Source of the DNA: Thermoplasmatales archaeon ex4484_6 | GTDB taxonomy: Archaea; Thermoplasmatota; Penumbrarchaeia; Penumbrarchaeales; Penumbrarchaeaceae | DNA length: 35,930 nt | Reading direction: 5' to 3' | Assembly (NCBI GenBank): GCA_002254385.1 | Contig: NJDO01000016.1 | Location: forward strand, 1-35,930 | Shown here: piece by piece, positions 1-9,091 of the stretch | How the letters are laid out: the number at the start of each line of letters is the position of its first letter | How positions within the stretch are numbered: the stretch's first letter is position 1 | Program-made: the position numbers and the translations under genes | The notes under the pieces: generated by a model | What the model was told of the DNA's origin: nothing | The model's database searches: none | Seen by the model: the letters and a program-made list of their open reading frames with translations, nothing else

Positions 1-72
1 AGGACAGGGGATTTGTTGTAAGTTCCCGCCATATAAATACTTTTTTTAAAGCTTTCGGTACGCTGGACAATA

Positions 73-1005
73 TCACGATTCAAGCCTTCGGAGCCATTGT
101 TCGACCTCCCCGAGGTCCATGACTGCCGTGGGTTGGAGGACGGAAACGGGAGCTCCTGTCCGATGGGGGATCGGCATCTTCCCGATGTCCTCCAGCCTTC
201 CGGGCCATACCACTGCGAATGAGGATGTCTTGCCGCATGCGTCCGCAAGGGCCTCCCGAACATCAATCCCCTCTTCCAGAACGAAGGGGTCCCTATCCCC
301 TTCCCTGAAGAGGGACAGGTAAGGCCTCCATTCATCGAGAGCTTCCCTTGACGATGCGGGAATGACCCTGCACCCCCTTCGCTCGAGCATGCTCTTGGAA
401 AGCCTGGCCCTCTTGATCGTTTCCTCCCTCTCCATTCCCAGTTCGGAAAATGCTGGAAGAAAGAGGAGGACCTTCCCCTGGGATGATCTCGGCATTCCCC
501 CGATCCCGGGGACCCTCCCGGTGAAAAGGTAGGCCCATCTGCCTCTGATCTCCACCTCGAACCAGATATCCGGGTCCGTGAGGTCCACCCTCACCTTCGA
601 ATCATCGAGATGGGCGCATACGGCATCACCTCCCCTTACCGCCACATCCCTGCTGGAATAGGGGGTGTTCCCGGTCCTTCTGACCTTTATGCCGAAAGAC
701 ATGCCCTCCTTCAATCTGTCCCTTGCGAAGAGGGACATCCCTTCCATCAGGGCATCCATCTCCGATGGCACCTTCTCAACATGGGATAGCGAATGGATCC
801 CCGGCAGCCGCCTTAGAACCTCCATGGCACCATTCACATCATCGCACTCGACGAAGATCCTTCCCCTCTCTGTGGATATGACGTGCTCCAGCCTTTTCCG
901 GGAAAGCGCCTCCTCCATGTGGTCTATCAGCTGCCTCTGGAACCTGGACCTGACCTTCTCGCTCTTGAGGCCCATCTCACCATATCTCACAAGGATCGTA
1001 CCCAT
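73..1005 (-). CDS. ThiI-like THUMP-domain RNA-binding protein with degenerate catalytic domain
   Basis: N-terminus ILVRYGEMGLKS and THUMP motifs (FGIKVRR, VDLTDPD..FEVEIR, GIGGMP) match ThiI. The SGGxDS PP-loop is replaced by LLFLPAFSE. ATG at 1005 overlaps the upstream TGA (TGATG). Confidence 0.8.
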   Translation of the reverse strand: MGTILVRYGEMGLKSEKVRSRFQRQLIDHMEEALSRKRLEHVISTERGRIFVECDDVNGAMEVLRRLPGIHSLSHVEKVPSEMDALMEGMSLFARDRLKEGMSFGIKVRRTGNTPYSSRDVAVRGGDAVCAHLDDSKVRVDLTDPDIWFEVEIRGRWAYLFTGRVPGIGGMPRSSQGKVLLFLPAFSELGMEREETIKRARLSKSMLERRGCRVIPASSREALDEWRPYLSLFREGDRDPFVLEEGIDVREALADACGKTSSFAVVWPGRLEDIGKMPIPHRTGAPVSVLQPTAVMDLGEVEQWLRRLES

Positions 1006-2018
1006 CAGGTCCACTTCCCGTATATCTTCCGTCCGCACCAGCGGCATTTTCCATTCTTCACATAGGATGTTGCCGAGAACCATCCCCTCTTTATGACCGT
1101 TTTCCCGCATCCGGGACAGATTGTATCGTTGAACTCCTTTCCCGCGACATTCCCTATGAATACATGGTTCATGCCTCCCTCCCTTGCCTTTTCCCTTATG
1201 CTGACAAGGGTGGAAACCGGTGTCGAGGGAACGTCCAGCATCAGATGATCCGGATGGAAGCGGTTGAAATGGACCGGAACGTCGGGAGAGACCTTCTCGA
1301 CCATGAATCGCACGAACCCCTCTATCTGTTCATCATCATCATTGTAGCCAGGTATCACCAGATAGGCTATCTCGATGTGAACACCCATCTCGAATGCCGT
1401 CCTGACGTTGTCCAGAACCGGTTGAAGGCGGCCACCCGCTATCTGACTGTAGAACTCCTCGGTGAAGCCCTTGACATCGATGTTGGCGCCATCGGTATGT
1501 TCCATCAGCTCCCTCCAAGGGCCCTTCTCCAGATAACCGTTGGTCACCAGGACCACATTTGAGCCTTTCTTCCTCAGTGCCGGAGCAGCCTCCATGATGT
1601 ACTCGAAATTGATGCTCGGTTCATTATAGGTAAAGGCGACTCCGATGGAGCCGTCCCTTGACGACATCCCGAGGAGGTCCTTCACCGGAAGAAAATTTTC
1701 GTCCAGACCATCGGGGGATGCCCTTGCGAGGGACCAATTCTGGCAGTGCCTGCACCTGAGATTGCAGCCGACCGAACCCAGGGAGAGGATGCTGCTCCCC
1801 GGAAGGAAATGATTCAGCGGTTTCTTCTCTATGGGGTCCATATGGACAGCGGGGTATATCCCGTAACCGATCGCCCCAAGTTCTCCACCCACGTTCTTTC
1901 TGACCCCGCATATCCCGACGCCTCCTTCCGGGATGGAGCAGTGATGGGGACATAGACCGCATTCCACATAATTTCCCTTCTTCGCAGACCAGTGGGATGC
2001 GGTATGCATCTCATTCAT
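1005..2018 (-). CDS. amrS: AmmeMemoRadiSam system radical SAM enzyme (PflA-like)
   Basis: N-terminal CxLCPHxC..G.CGVR, DPIEKKPLxHF, GCNLRCRHCQNW (CxxxCxxC), FTYNEP, RFHP and C-terminal CPGC/CRWC. Start is at 2018 or 2024. Confidence 0.9.
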   Translation of the reverse strand: MNEMHTASHWSAKKGNYVECGLCPHHCSIPEGGVGICGVRKNVGGELGAIGYGIYPAVHMDPIEKKPLNHFLPGSSILSLGSVGCNLRCRHCQNWSLARASPDGLDENFLPVKDLLGMSSRDGSIGVAFTYNEPSINFEYIMEAAPALRKKGSNVVLVTNGYLEKGPWRELMEHTDGANIDVKGFTEEFYSQIAGGRLQPVLDNVRTAFEMGVHIEIAYLVIPGYNDDDEQIEGFVRFMVEKVSPDVPVHFNRFHPDHLMLDVPSTPVSTLVSIREKAREGGMNHVFIGNVAGKEFNDTICPGCGKTVIKRGWFSATSYVKNGKCRWCGRKIYGKWT

Positions 2019-2058
2019 GCACATGGATTGGTAAGGAGACGGATAAGACTTCCGATTC

Positions 2059-2815
2059 TCAATAAAAACCGTCCAGGGAACCTGTGGTTCTGCCGAGACC
2101 GAGAAGCTCCATCAGCATCAGGGCGTTCCTCGGTGCCTGACCCCGGGGATGGTTGTTGAAGAAGACCCTCGTCTCCCTGTCAACCCGGGAGGACATTACA
2201 AGGAGGTCGTCCTTCCTCCCGATCAATTCTTCCCTGGTGTAGAGATAGTCGTATCTTGCCGGGGACGGGGGCTCACCACCCTTGAACCATGCCTCCCTGT
2301 TGCGCCCGTGGAACCTCACATAATTGTGCCGGGATGTATCCGCATACATCCACGGAAATGACGGGCCGTCAACCGTTACGAGTGCGGTTCCGTGCGCTCT
2401 AAGTATATCAACAGCTTCCGGCAGCAGAGCCGACCTCTCGTCAAGCCAGGATGAGTTCCTGAATTCAACTGCGGCCTCCCCCGGCCGTTCGGCCATCATC
2501 GCGCATACGTCCACCAGCCTCTGCTTTCCCAGGGCATATTCCGGAAGAGGGACCTTCGGTTCGCTCTTCATGCGGTACTTGATATCTCCCCTGAAGGTGA
2601 AATAGGGAGATTCCATCGAACCTGGAGGCCTCTTTTATCCATCCCTCGACCATCGATCTGCCGGGAATGTCGTAGAATGTTGTGTTGATCTCCACCGTAT
2701 CGAAATGTGTGAAATACCGGGAAAGGAACCTGCTGCTCCTCTGCCCCTTGGGGTAGAAATTACCCACCCAGTCCCTGTAGGACCATCCGCTGTTGCCAAT
2801 CTTGATGCCGGACAT
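2059..2815 (-). pseudogene. DUF72 (YecE/UPF0759) family protein, broken by an internal deletion and frameshift near 2610
   Basis: The N-half motifs (IGxSGWSY.DW, FDTVEINTTFY) are in ORF 2465..2815. The C-half motifs (AVEFR, YVRFHGRN, RYDYLY, FFNNH) are in another frame, ORF 2059..2616. The central FSVK..TH segment is absent. Confidence 0.8.
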
Positions 2816-2834
2816 GGTCCCCTCCGGGAACGTA

Positions 2835-3188
2835 TCACTCCAGCTTTCCCTTCTTTCCGCAGCTGGGGCATTTTATTTCGAGAGGTCTCTTCTCCGAGGT
2901 GACCGGGATCTGCGCACCGCATTTGGGACAGGGGACGTATCCGAGCACTTTCTCTTCCAGCTCGAGGTTATCCTCCGGTAGCTCGTATACAGCCGCCGAA
3001 CCGTCGTGAAAGACCTCTTCGGGCTGTTCCATGCCAACGGTCTTCTCGTCTCCAAGGTGAAGGAACTCGCCTGAGGGTCGGTACACGGGACCCTGTATGC
3101 CCTCCATCTCCTTTTCATTGAATACAACGGGGAAGAACCTGAATTCGAAGTCGGGGAAGTAATCGACCTTTTTCTTCTGCTCTGCCAT
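2835..3188 (-). CDS. hypothetical protein with C-terminal zinc ribbon
   Basis: CPKC and CPSC motifs. ATG 3188 is preceded by a GGGGTGA RBS. The stop lies about 20 bp before the DUF72 start. Confidence 0.7.
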   Translation of the reverse strand: MAEQKKKVDYFPDFEFRFFPVVFNEKEMEGIQGPVYRPSGEFLHLGDEKTVGMEQPEEVFHDGSAAVYELPEDNLELEEKVLGYVPCPKCGAQIPVTSEKRPLEIKCPSCGKKGKLE

Positions 3189-3364
3189 ATCATCACCCCG
3201 GGGATCACCCCTCACCGGATTACTGCAATGGGCAACAGATATAAAATAACGTTGCAGAGAGGGCCATCGTCCTCTGCAGCTGTCCAAATGCCCGTATTCG
3301 GTAGATTATCAATGATGAGAATGGTATATCTCTACTTTATAACAGGGAAGGATCATGGAATATC

Positions 3365-4222
3365 GTGATGGAAATCGGGGGCACCTTCGGCGTGAAAGGT
3401 CTCAAGGAGGTCAACTACCTGACCCTTGATTGTCATTCTCTGATTCATGAGGAGTCATCACCCGGAAGCGTTGAGAATATCATATCCGCACATACATCCC
3501 TCGAGATAGAGGGAATTCGAGGAGAGCTCGATTTGGAGGTGGAAAAGGTTGGATCCGTCATATCGGCCGCGAGGACCTACAGGGCCGTTCTGGAATCGCT
3601 TCTTGAGGAGGAAGGGGTCGGGATAAGGATCGAGAAATATGGATCGGACCGGATGAACCTGACGGTTTCGGATTGTGATTTCGGGGGAGCTTGTCCGAAG
3701 GCCAGAGGCTGTTTCTGTCTGAGAGGTGAATACATCGGTCATGCCGTGTCGGAGCTTTCGGGATGCAAACTCTCATCGGTGAAGCCCGTATATTTCGATG
3801 ACGGTGTGTGCCATCTGACCATTCACATAGAACCCGCTCCAGATAAGGAATGGAAAACGTCATCAACATCCATTGATCATCTCCCGGCTGACCTTGAAGC
3901 GTCCCTTCGATCTCTCCCGGCATGGAGGAAGAGGAAGTTCCAGATGAGGCATTACACAAGGGGGACCCTGAAGGCAGCTCGAGATGTTCTTCCCCGAAGG
4001 GAATTCGAAACTTTCATCCGTATGTTCAATATACAACTAAAGGAGGCTGTCAGAAACAGCACCCCGGTTCAGAAGAGGGGAGGGGATGTGCTGATCAAAG
4101 GCATCTCTGCCGCAAATCAATCTGGTGGCGGGAATGGAAGTATCATCTCATGTCCGAAATGCGGTTCCTTTATCAATCTGGATAAGGGCAGGTCCTGCTT
4201 CAGATGCGGGTACAGGTTCTGA
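3365..4222 (+). CDS. hypothetical protein with a Cys-rich V4R/methanogen-output-like domain and C-terminal zinc ribbon
   Basis: 285-aa ORF with LTVSDCDFGGAC..CFC..C cluster and terminal CPKC..CFRC. TTTATAA box near 3336. Confidence 0.65.
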   Translation: MMEIGGTFGVKGLKEVNYLTLDCHSLIHEESSPGSVENIISAHTSLEIEGIRGELDLEVEKVGSVISAARTYRAVLESLLEEEGVGIRIEKYGSDRMNLTVSDCDFGGACPKARGCFCLRGEYIGHAVSELSGCKLSSVKPVYFDDGVCHLTIHIEPAPDKEWKTSSTSIDHLPADLEASLRSLPAWRKRKFQMRHYTRGTLKAARDVLPRREFETFIRMFNIQLKEAVRNSTPVQKRGGDVLIKGISAANQSGGGNGSIISCPKCGSFINLDKGRSCFRCGYRF

Positions 4223-4288
4223 TTCCGGGGAAAGGATGATATCCCATACCGGGAACAGCTTTTTAGAGCGTGTCACTCATTTCCCATC

Positions 4289-4693
4289 ATGATGCGCGCC
4301 TCCAGAATGACGGCCCGGGCCGCGGCTTCCATCTCGTTCGGTATGGGGTCCTTCATTCTGATGGCGGACCTGACCGCATCCGTCCTCAGACACGGGGATG
4401 AGGGCGGGACCGTTTTCGACATGGGGTTCCCATCCCTGCTCGGATGGGCTGGCCTCGTCCTATGGGTAATCGGGATCCTCTTTCTGGTCCTGCATCGAAG
4501 GAGAAACGGGCGCAGCGAGACCGGCGGTGTCCGTCCCGTTTTCATCAGGAATGGGGATACATTCACCTGTCCCAGCTGCGGAAGGAAACACGACATCTCG
4601 AAGGTGGACTTCCATGAAAGGTATACATGCGGGTGCGGCCGGGTATATGATATCTATCCGGAGGCAGAGGGGGAGAAAGATATCCCTCCCTGA
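4289..4693 (+). CDS. small membrane protein (2 TM) with zinc ribbon
   Basis: Two hydrophobic stretches, an RRRR stop-transfer patch, then FTCPSC..YTCGCG. Confidence 0.65.
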   Translation: MMRASRMTARAAASISFGMGSFILMADLTASVLRHGDEGGTVFDMGFPSLLGWAGLVLWVIGILFLVLHRRRNGRSETGGVRPVFIRNGDTFTCPSCGRKHDISKVDFHERYTCGCGRVYDIYPEAEGEKDIPP

Positions 4694-6261
4694 AGTATCC
4701 GTGATATCCTTTCAAGAAGGGAAGATGCACTCAGGGAGGTGCCGAGCTCCTCCCTGGCCAGCTCTCCGCATCTCCCGTTGATGTAGGCCGAAACGCAGGC
4801 GGAATCGAACGACGACATGCCCCTGGCCATCATTCCGGCGCACAGGCCGGAGAGCACATCGCCGGTGCCTCCCACGCTCATCTCCGGTACACCGGTCCTG
4901 TTGTATCTTGTCAACAGGCCATCCCTCCGTATGTGATCGGAGAGGGAATGCTCCGGGGAGGGGGAGGCGATCATGTCCAACGGCCCCTTCACCAGAATAT
5001 CGCATCCCGTCCTCTCTATCAGTGCTCTTACAGCAGCCATTGCCTCGTCCGACCACTGCATACATCCCTCGATCTCGATAAGCGGATGCAGGAGGACTTC
5101 GGGGTCATATTCGATCCCTGCCCCGTCCAGAAGCGTCCTGAGTTCTCCCCTGTGCGGTGTGAGAAGTATGCATCCCTCGCCTCTCACGGACCCCTGCATC
5201 AGCGGTGATATGGCCTTCAGACCGTCGGCATCGACCACCACGTCGAGCCCCCTCTCTCCGCACGATATGAACAGCTTCCGGAGGAATTCCACGGTCTCAT
5301 CGCTTCTTCCGGTCCCGGGTCCCATCAGGACCGCATCCGCCCATTCGAGTTCGGCATCCATATCGTCGATAACCCCCGGGTCCAGCTGGAACGGGTCCTC
5401 CGTATCCAGCCGGGAAACGATGAGGTCGGGGGATGCGGAGGCGACAACCTCCCATATTCCCCGGGGTACGCATACCCTGACCAGATCCACCCCCATTTTC
5501 ACGGCTGCAAGGGAGGCAAGAATGACAGCTCCGGTGAAAGGGCCGCCCCCGACGATAAGCAGCTTTCCTCCCTCGCCCTTGTGGGTTTCCGGCCCCTTCA
5601 CGGGGATCCTCCGAAGGTCCCCTCTTCCAACATAAAGGGACGCTTCCCTCGGTATACCTATCTCCGCGATCTCCAACTCACCGCATTCGGGACGCGGGGT
5701 GCCGTCGACCACCATGCTGTCCTTGACATCGTGAAAGGTCACCGTCCTCCGTGCGTTCACGTGAACGGGGGTGCCCACTCCGGTGGGAATATCGATGGAG
5801 ATCACCGGACGTCCGGATGCGTTCATCATCTCGACGGCATCCCTGTAAACGCCCCTCGGCTCCCCACTGGCACCCGAACCCAGCAGGCCGTCCACTATGA
5901 TCTCCGCACTTTCAAAGGTCCTCTCGAGATCCTCCTTTTCCATGGACTCCATGACAAGGACCCGTACATTCACGGGGAGCGAATGGAACGCCTTTCTTGC
6001 GATCGTGCTCCTTATCCTTGCCGGCTCCCTTGCAAGCAGTACCGATACCGGGTGCCCGCCCTCGCTCAGATGCCTTGCGGCCACGAGGCCGTCGCCCCCG
6101 TTGTTACCCGTTCCCAGGACGAAAAGGACGCTCCCGCCGGAATGCTCCCTCGATATGATCTCCGCAAGTGCCCTGCCTGCATTCCCCATAAGAACGGATG
6201 GCGGGACCCCGCATTCTCCGGAATTGATATCGAGTATGGACACGTCCTTCGGTGATATCAT
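4654..6261 (-). CDS. nnr: bifunctional NAD(P)H-hydrate epimerase/dehydratase (YjeF/Nnr)
   Basis: LMGNAG, GTGNNGGDG, IVDGLLGSG, SIDIPTG, HKGEGG, VVDADGL, LTPHRGE and GGTGDVL motifs. Start at MISPKD. Confidence 0.93.
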   Translation of the reverse strand: MISPKDVSILDINSGECGVPPSVLMGNAGRALAEIISREHSGGSVLFVLGTGNNGGDGLVAARHLSEGGHPVSVLLAREPARIRSTIARKAFHSLPVNVRVLVMESMEKEDLERTFESAEIIVDGLLGSGASGEPRGVYRDAVEMMNASGRPVISIDIPTGVGTPVHVNARRTVTFHDVKDSMVVDGTPRPECGELEIAEIGIPREASLYVGRGDLRRIPVKGPETHKGEGGKLLIVGGGPFTGAVILASLAAVKMGVDLVRVCVPRGIWEVVASASPDLIVSRLDTEDPFQLDPGVIDDMDAELEWADAVLMGPGTGRSDETVEFLRKLFISCGERGLDVVVDADGLKAISPLMQGSVRGEGCILLTPHRGELRTLLDGAGIEYDPEVLLHPLIEIEGCMQWSDEAMAAVRALIERTGCDILVKGPLDMIASPSPEHSLSDHIRRDGLLTRYNRTGVPEMSVGGTGDVLSGLCAGMMARGMSSFDSACVSAYINGRCGELAREELGTSLSASSLLERISRILQGGISFSPSASG

Positions 6262-6265
6262 CTTA

Positions 6266-8896
6266 TCACTCCAGAATCTCCGCTTCCACCACCTCTGTTC
6301 GGGGAGCTTCCGCCTCCACGATGACGCCTCCCGCCACCTCCCTCTTCCCCTTCTCCTCTGCCAGGATGGATGCTGCGATATCATCGGCCCTCGACAGCAG
6401 TGGGTCCTTCACGATCGGACGTGCGGACGTCGAAGGTGAGGGCCCCTGCCTTTTCCCCGTATCCCCGGAGGAACCTGCGGGCCGCTCCTTAGTGGGCCCT
6501 CCTCCCGCATTCCTGCCTTTTCCCTTCCTCAGCACCAGGAACCATACGATGAACGCGATAATGACCACGGCTGCAATTATACCGATGATCAGCCATAGAA
6601 TATTGAAAACGGACTCCTTTTCCGTTGAACGGGATGCTATGACCGTTATCTCCCTGCTTCCGGTGACATCCCCCGTATCGTAGGATACGGTAAAGGTCGT
6701 CTCACCCTCGGACTCCACCTTCAGCAGCTTCACGGTCATCCTGACCGTGCCATCCTCACCCATCCCGACCGATAGGCTGGCCGGTTCGAAGGTCACAACC
6801 ATATTCGCCGGGACCTCGACGGATATATCCACATCAACATCGATGTTGCCCCTGTTCCTCACGGTCAGGTTCACCTTTCCCTCTTTTCCCTCCTTCAGGT
6901 CGAACCTGTCCCTGTCCGGGACCATTTCAAGGGAGATTATCTTCTTGAGCTGAACTTTCAGCTTCTGCTCGAAAGAACCCATATCCCCCCCGTTCACATC
7001 GACCCTCACCTCATACGGCTCGCTCTCGTATCTCTCACCTTCCCTGGGTGTGATGGAGATGTTCCACAGTGAGGATTCGCCCGGAAGGAGATCAAGCTCG
7101 TTGTAGTCATATATGACCTCCCATCCCGTGGGCCGGTCCACTCTGATCGACACCCTGTTCTCCTCGAGGGTGGGGTTGTAAAGCTCTAGAGTGAAGAACA
7201 CCTCCGAGTAGCGTATGGGATGGTTCGATCCAACCCTGGAAGAGAGCTTCGTATCGGTTGTGTCCAGGAGTGTTGCAAGGCTCCTCTCCGGGTCCACCAC
7301 CCTTACATGGAGATATATGTACTTCTTGTCGGTCTTTCCCCTCTCGCGAACGAAGAGTTCCATATCATATGTTCCCATGGAGGAGGGGCCGGTCAAGATA
7401 TTGATATCCATGACCTCCTCGGACCCTCCGGCGATGGTGATCACGAAAATCGACCCCTGCATGGTTCCGTTCCCTCCGCTGTAGGAAACACTCCAGTCCG
7501 CGGGCCTCTCATCCATTCCCATCTCGAATGTCCCGGATACGTTCCTGAGATTCACGATCCTTGCCGCGAACTGGACACCCCCTCCGGATACCACGGCCTT
7601 GGTCGTGTCGGAGACCGCCTCCAGACCGAATGAGGCTTCCTTCACAACAAGCACCGTTGCATCCCTGGAATACGATCTCCCGGAGTTCCTTGAATCCGCC
7701 GTGAGGGTCAGGGCATCCCTGTCTCCCTTGGAGGCCCTGATGGGGACAAGGACGGTGAACTCCACGGTGACCGTGGCCCCGCCCTCCACCTCCACGGGGT
7801 CGGGGGCCTCCACCGCCCATCCGAGTTCGGAGGTGTATGAGAAATCCACCCTGTCCGTTCCCTCTCCACCGTTGAGTATGTCCATGGAGATGTCAACGGT
7901 CTCCCCCGCATCGGCCTCCCTGTCGGGGTCGTCCACCGTCACGAGAAGTCCCGAGGATACTGTCAGTTCTCCGGTGGCTTCACTTGTCTGACCCGTCCGG
8001 CTGGTGACGGAAGCGATTATGTTATAGACATCTTCGGGAGTGCCCTCGGGCAGAGTGTATGTGAAATTGGTATAGGCGATCTTTTCCCCCCCGTTCTCCC
8101 GTGGTTGTCCGGTCTGGTTGAGAATGACAAGCTCGTTGTCGGACATGACAAGGATGTTCACTTCCGATATATCATAGGCACCGAAGGCATCGGAAACGGC
8201 GACGGATACGTTGAATGTCCTGGCCTCGTCGGGACCGTTGGGCAGAAGCTCATCAAGCTCCCTCCCGTGAACGTCCGTCACCGAAACCGAGATGTCCTCC
8301 ACCCTTACGGGACTGGCTGCGAATTCCAGATAGGAGAAGCCCCCTGTGGAATCTATCCTGAAGGTGAAGGCCACCGCTATATGGGGAGTACCCTCAAGGG
8401 TCATCGAGAGCTCGATCCAGGATCCCGAGGGCACCGTTTCCCCCCCCTGGGATGTCAGTTCAAGAGCCAGATCATCCTCGAGCATCTCCTGACCCCTGAA
8501 TATCCCTCCCGCAATCTGAACCAACGGACCGGTCTCCGTCACATAGTTCAACCTGACATCAAGACTGTAGGAGTCATCGATGAAGGTGCCGATGGAACCC
8601 TGAAGATGAAGAAGAACATGAACGGAGCTTCCATCCCTTATGCCTTCCAGAAGCAGGTCCCTTGTCAGGGGGTAGGATAGAGTGAAGCTCCAGTTCTCCC
8701 CCGGGGACATCACATCGTTCTGTATATCTATCTCCGTTGTGGAGGGTGGTATGGTATCAAGTGTATCGGTCCTGCTGTGGAGATACAGCCGCATCCGGTC
8801 CTGATCCGCGGTTTGCCCGGGAACGGGATGGATCATCAGGGTTGACAGCAGCACCATTATCAAGAGCATGAAAATGTATGGTTCACGATTCGACAC
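6266..8896 (-). CDS. large single-pass cell-surface protein with NEW3/CARDB-like Ig repeats
   Basis: N-terminal signal-like hydrophobic segment, repeated N.G...D/GW.V beta-sandwich units, a C-terminal TM (ILWLIIGIIAAVVIIAFIVWFLV) and a cytoplasmic tail. Start is GTG 8896 or ATG 8869, downstream of a TATA near 8945. Confidence 0.75.
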   Translation of the reverse strand: MSNREPYIFMLLIMVLLSTLMIHPVPGQTADQDRMRLYLHSRTDTLDTIPPSTTEIDIQNDVMSPGENWSFTLSYPLTRDLLLEGIRDGSSVHVLLHLQGSIGTFIDDSYSLDVRLNYVTETGPLVQIAGGIFRGQEMLEDDLALELTSQGGETVPSGSWIELSMTLEGTPHIAVAFTFRIDSTGGFSYLEFAASPVRVEDISVSVTDVHGRELDELLPNGPDEARTFNVSVAVSDAFGAYDISEVNILVMSDNELVILNQTGQPRENGGEKIAYTNFTYTLPEGTPEDVYNIIASVTSRTGQTSEATGELTVSSGLLVTVDDPDREADAGETVDISMDILNGGEGTDRVDFSYTSELGWAVEAPDPVEVEGGATVTVEFTVLVPIRASKGDRDALTLTADSRNSGRSYSRDATVLVVKEASFGLEAVSDTTKAVVSGGGVQFAARIVNLRNVSGTFEMGMDERPADWSVSYSGGNGTMQGSIFVITIAGGSEEVMDINILTGPSSMGTYDMELFVRERGKTDKKYIYLHVRVVDPERSLATLLDTTDTKLSSRVGSNHPIRYSEVFFTLELYNPTLEENRVSIRVDRPTGWEVIYDYNELDLLPGESSLWNISITPREGERYESEPYEVRVDVNGGDMGSFEQKLKVQLKKIISLEMVPDRDRFDLKEGKEGKVNLTVRNRGNIDVDVDISVEVPANMVVTFEPASLSVGMGEDGTVRMTVKLLKVESEGETTFTVSYDTGDVTGSREITVIASRSTEKESVFNILWLIIGIIAAVVIIAFIVWFLVLRKGKGRNAGGGPTKERPAGSSGDTGKRQGPSPSTSARPIVKDPLLSRADDIAASILAEEKGKREVAGGVIVEAEAPRTEVVEAEILE

Positions 8897-9091
8897 ACGA
8901 AAGCCCCCATTCGGTGAATATTCCAAATCATCTTTGTTATCCTTTATATATTTCGGTAGTCGGTGTGAAACATCTCTCCCGGTCGATCGGATCCGGTCAA
9001 CGGGAAAGGGAGAATCAAAAGGGATATGTAAAAGCTCTCCGTTTAAAGCGAGATTCTTTCTTCCAACCCGAAGCCCCACGGGGTGTGTTAA

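Noticed and set aside
4654-4693. Convergent 3' overlaps (also 12310-12317 and 35062-35096)
   Set aside because: Short tail-to-tail overlaps are ordinary in compact archaeal genomes.
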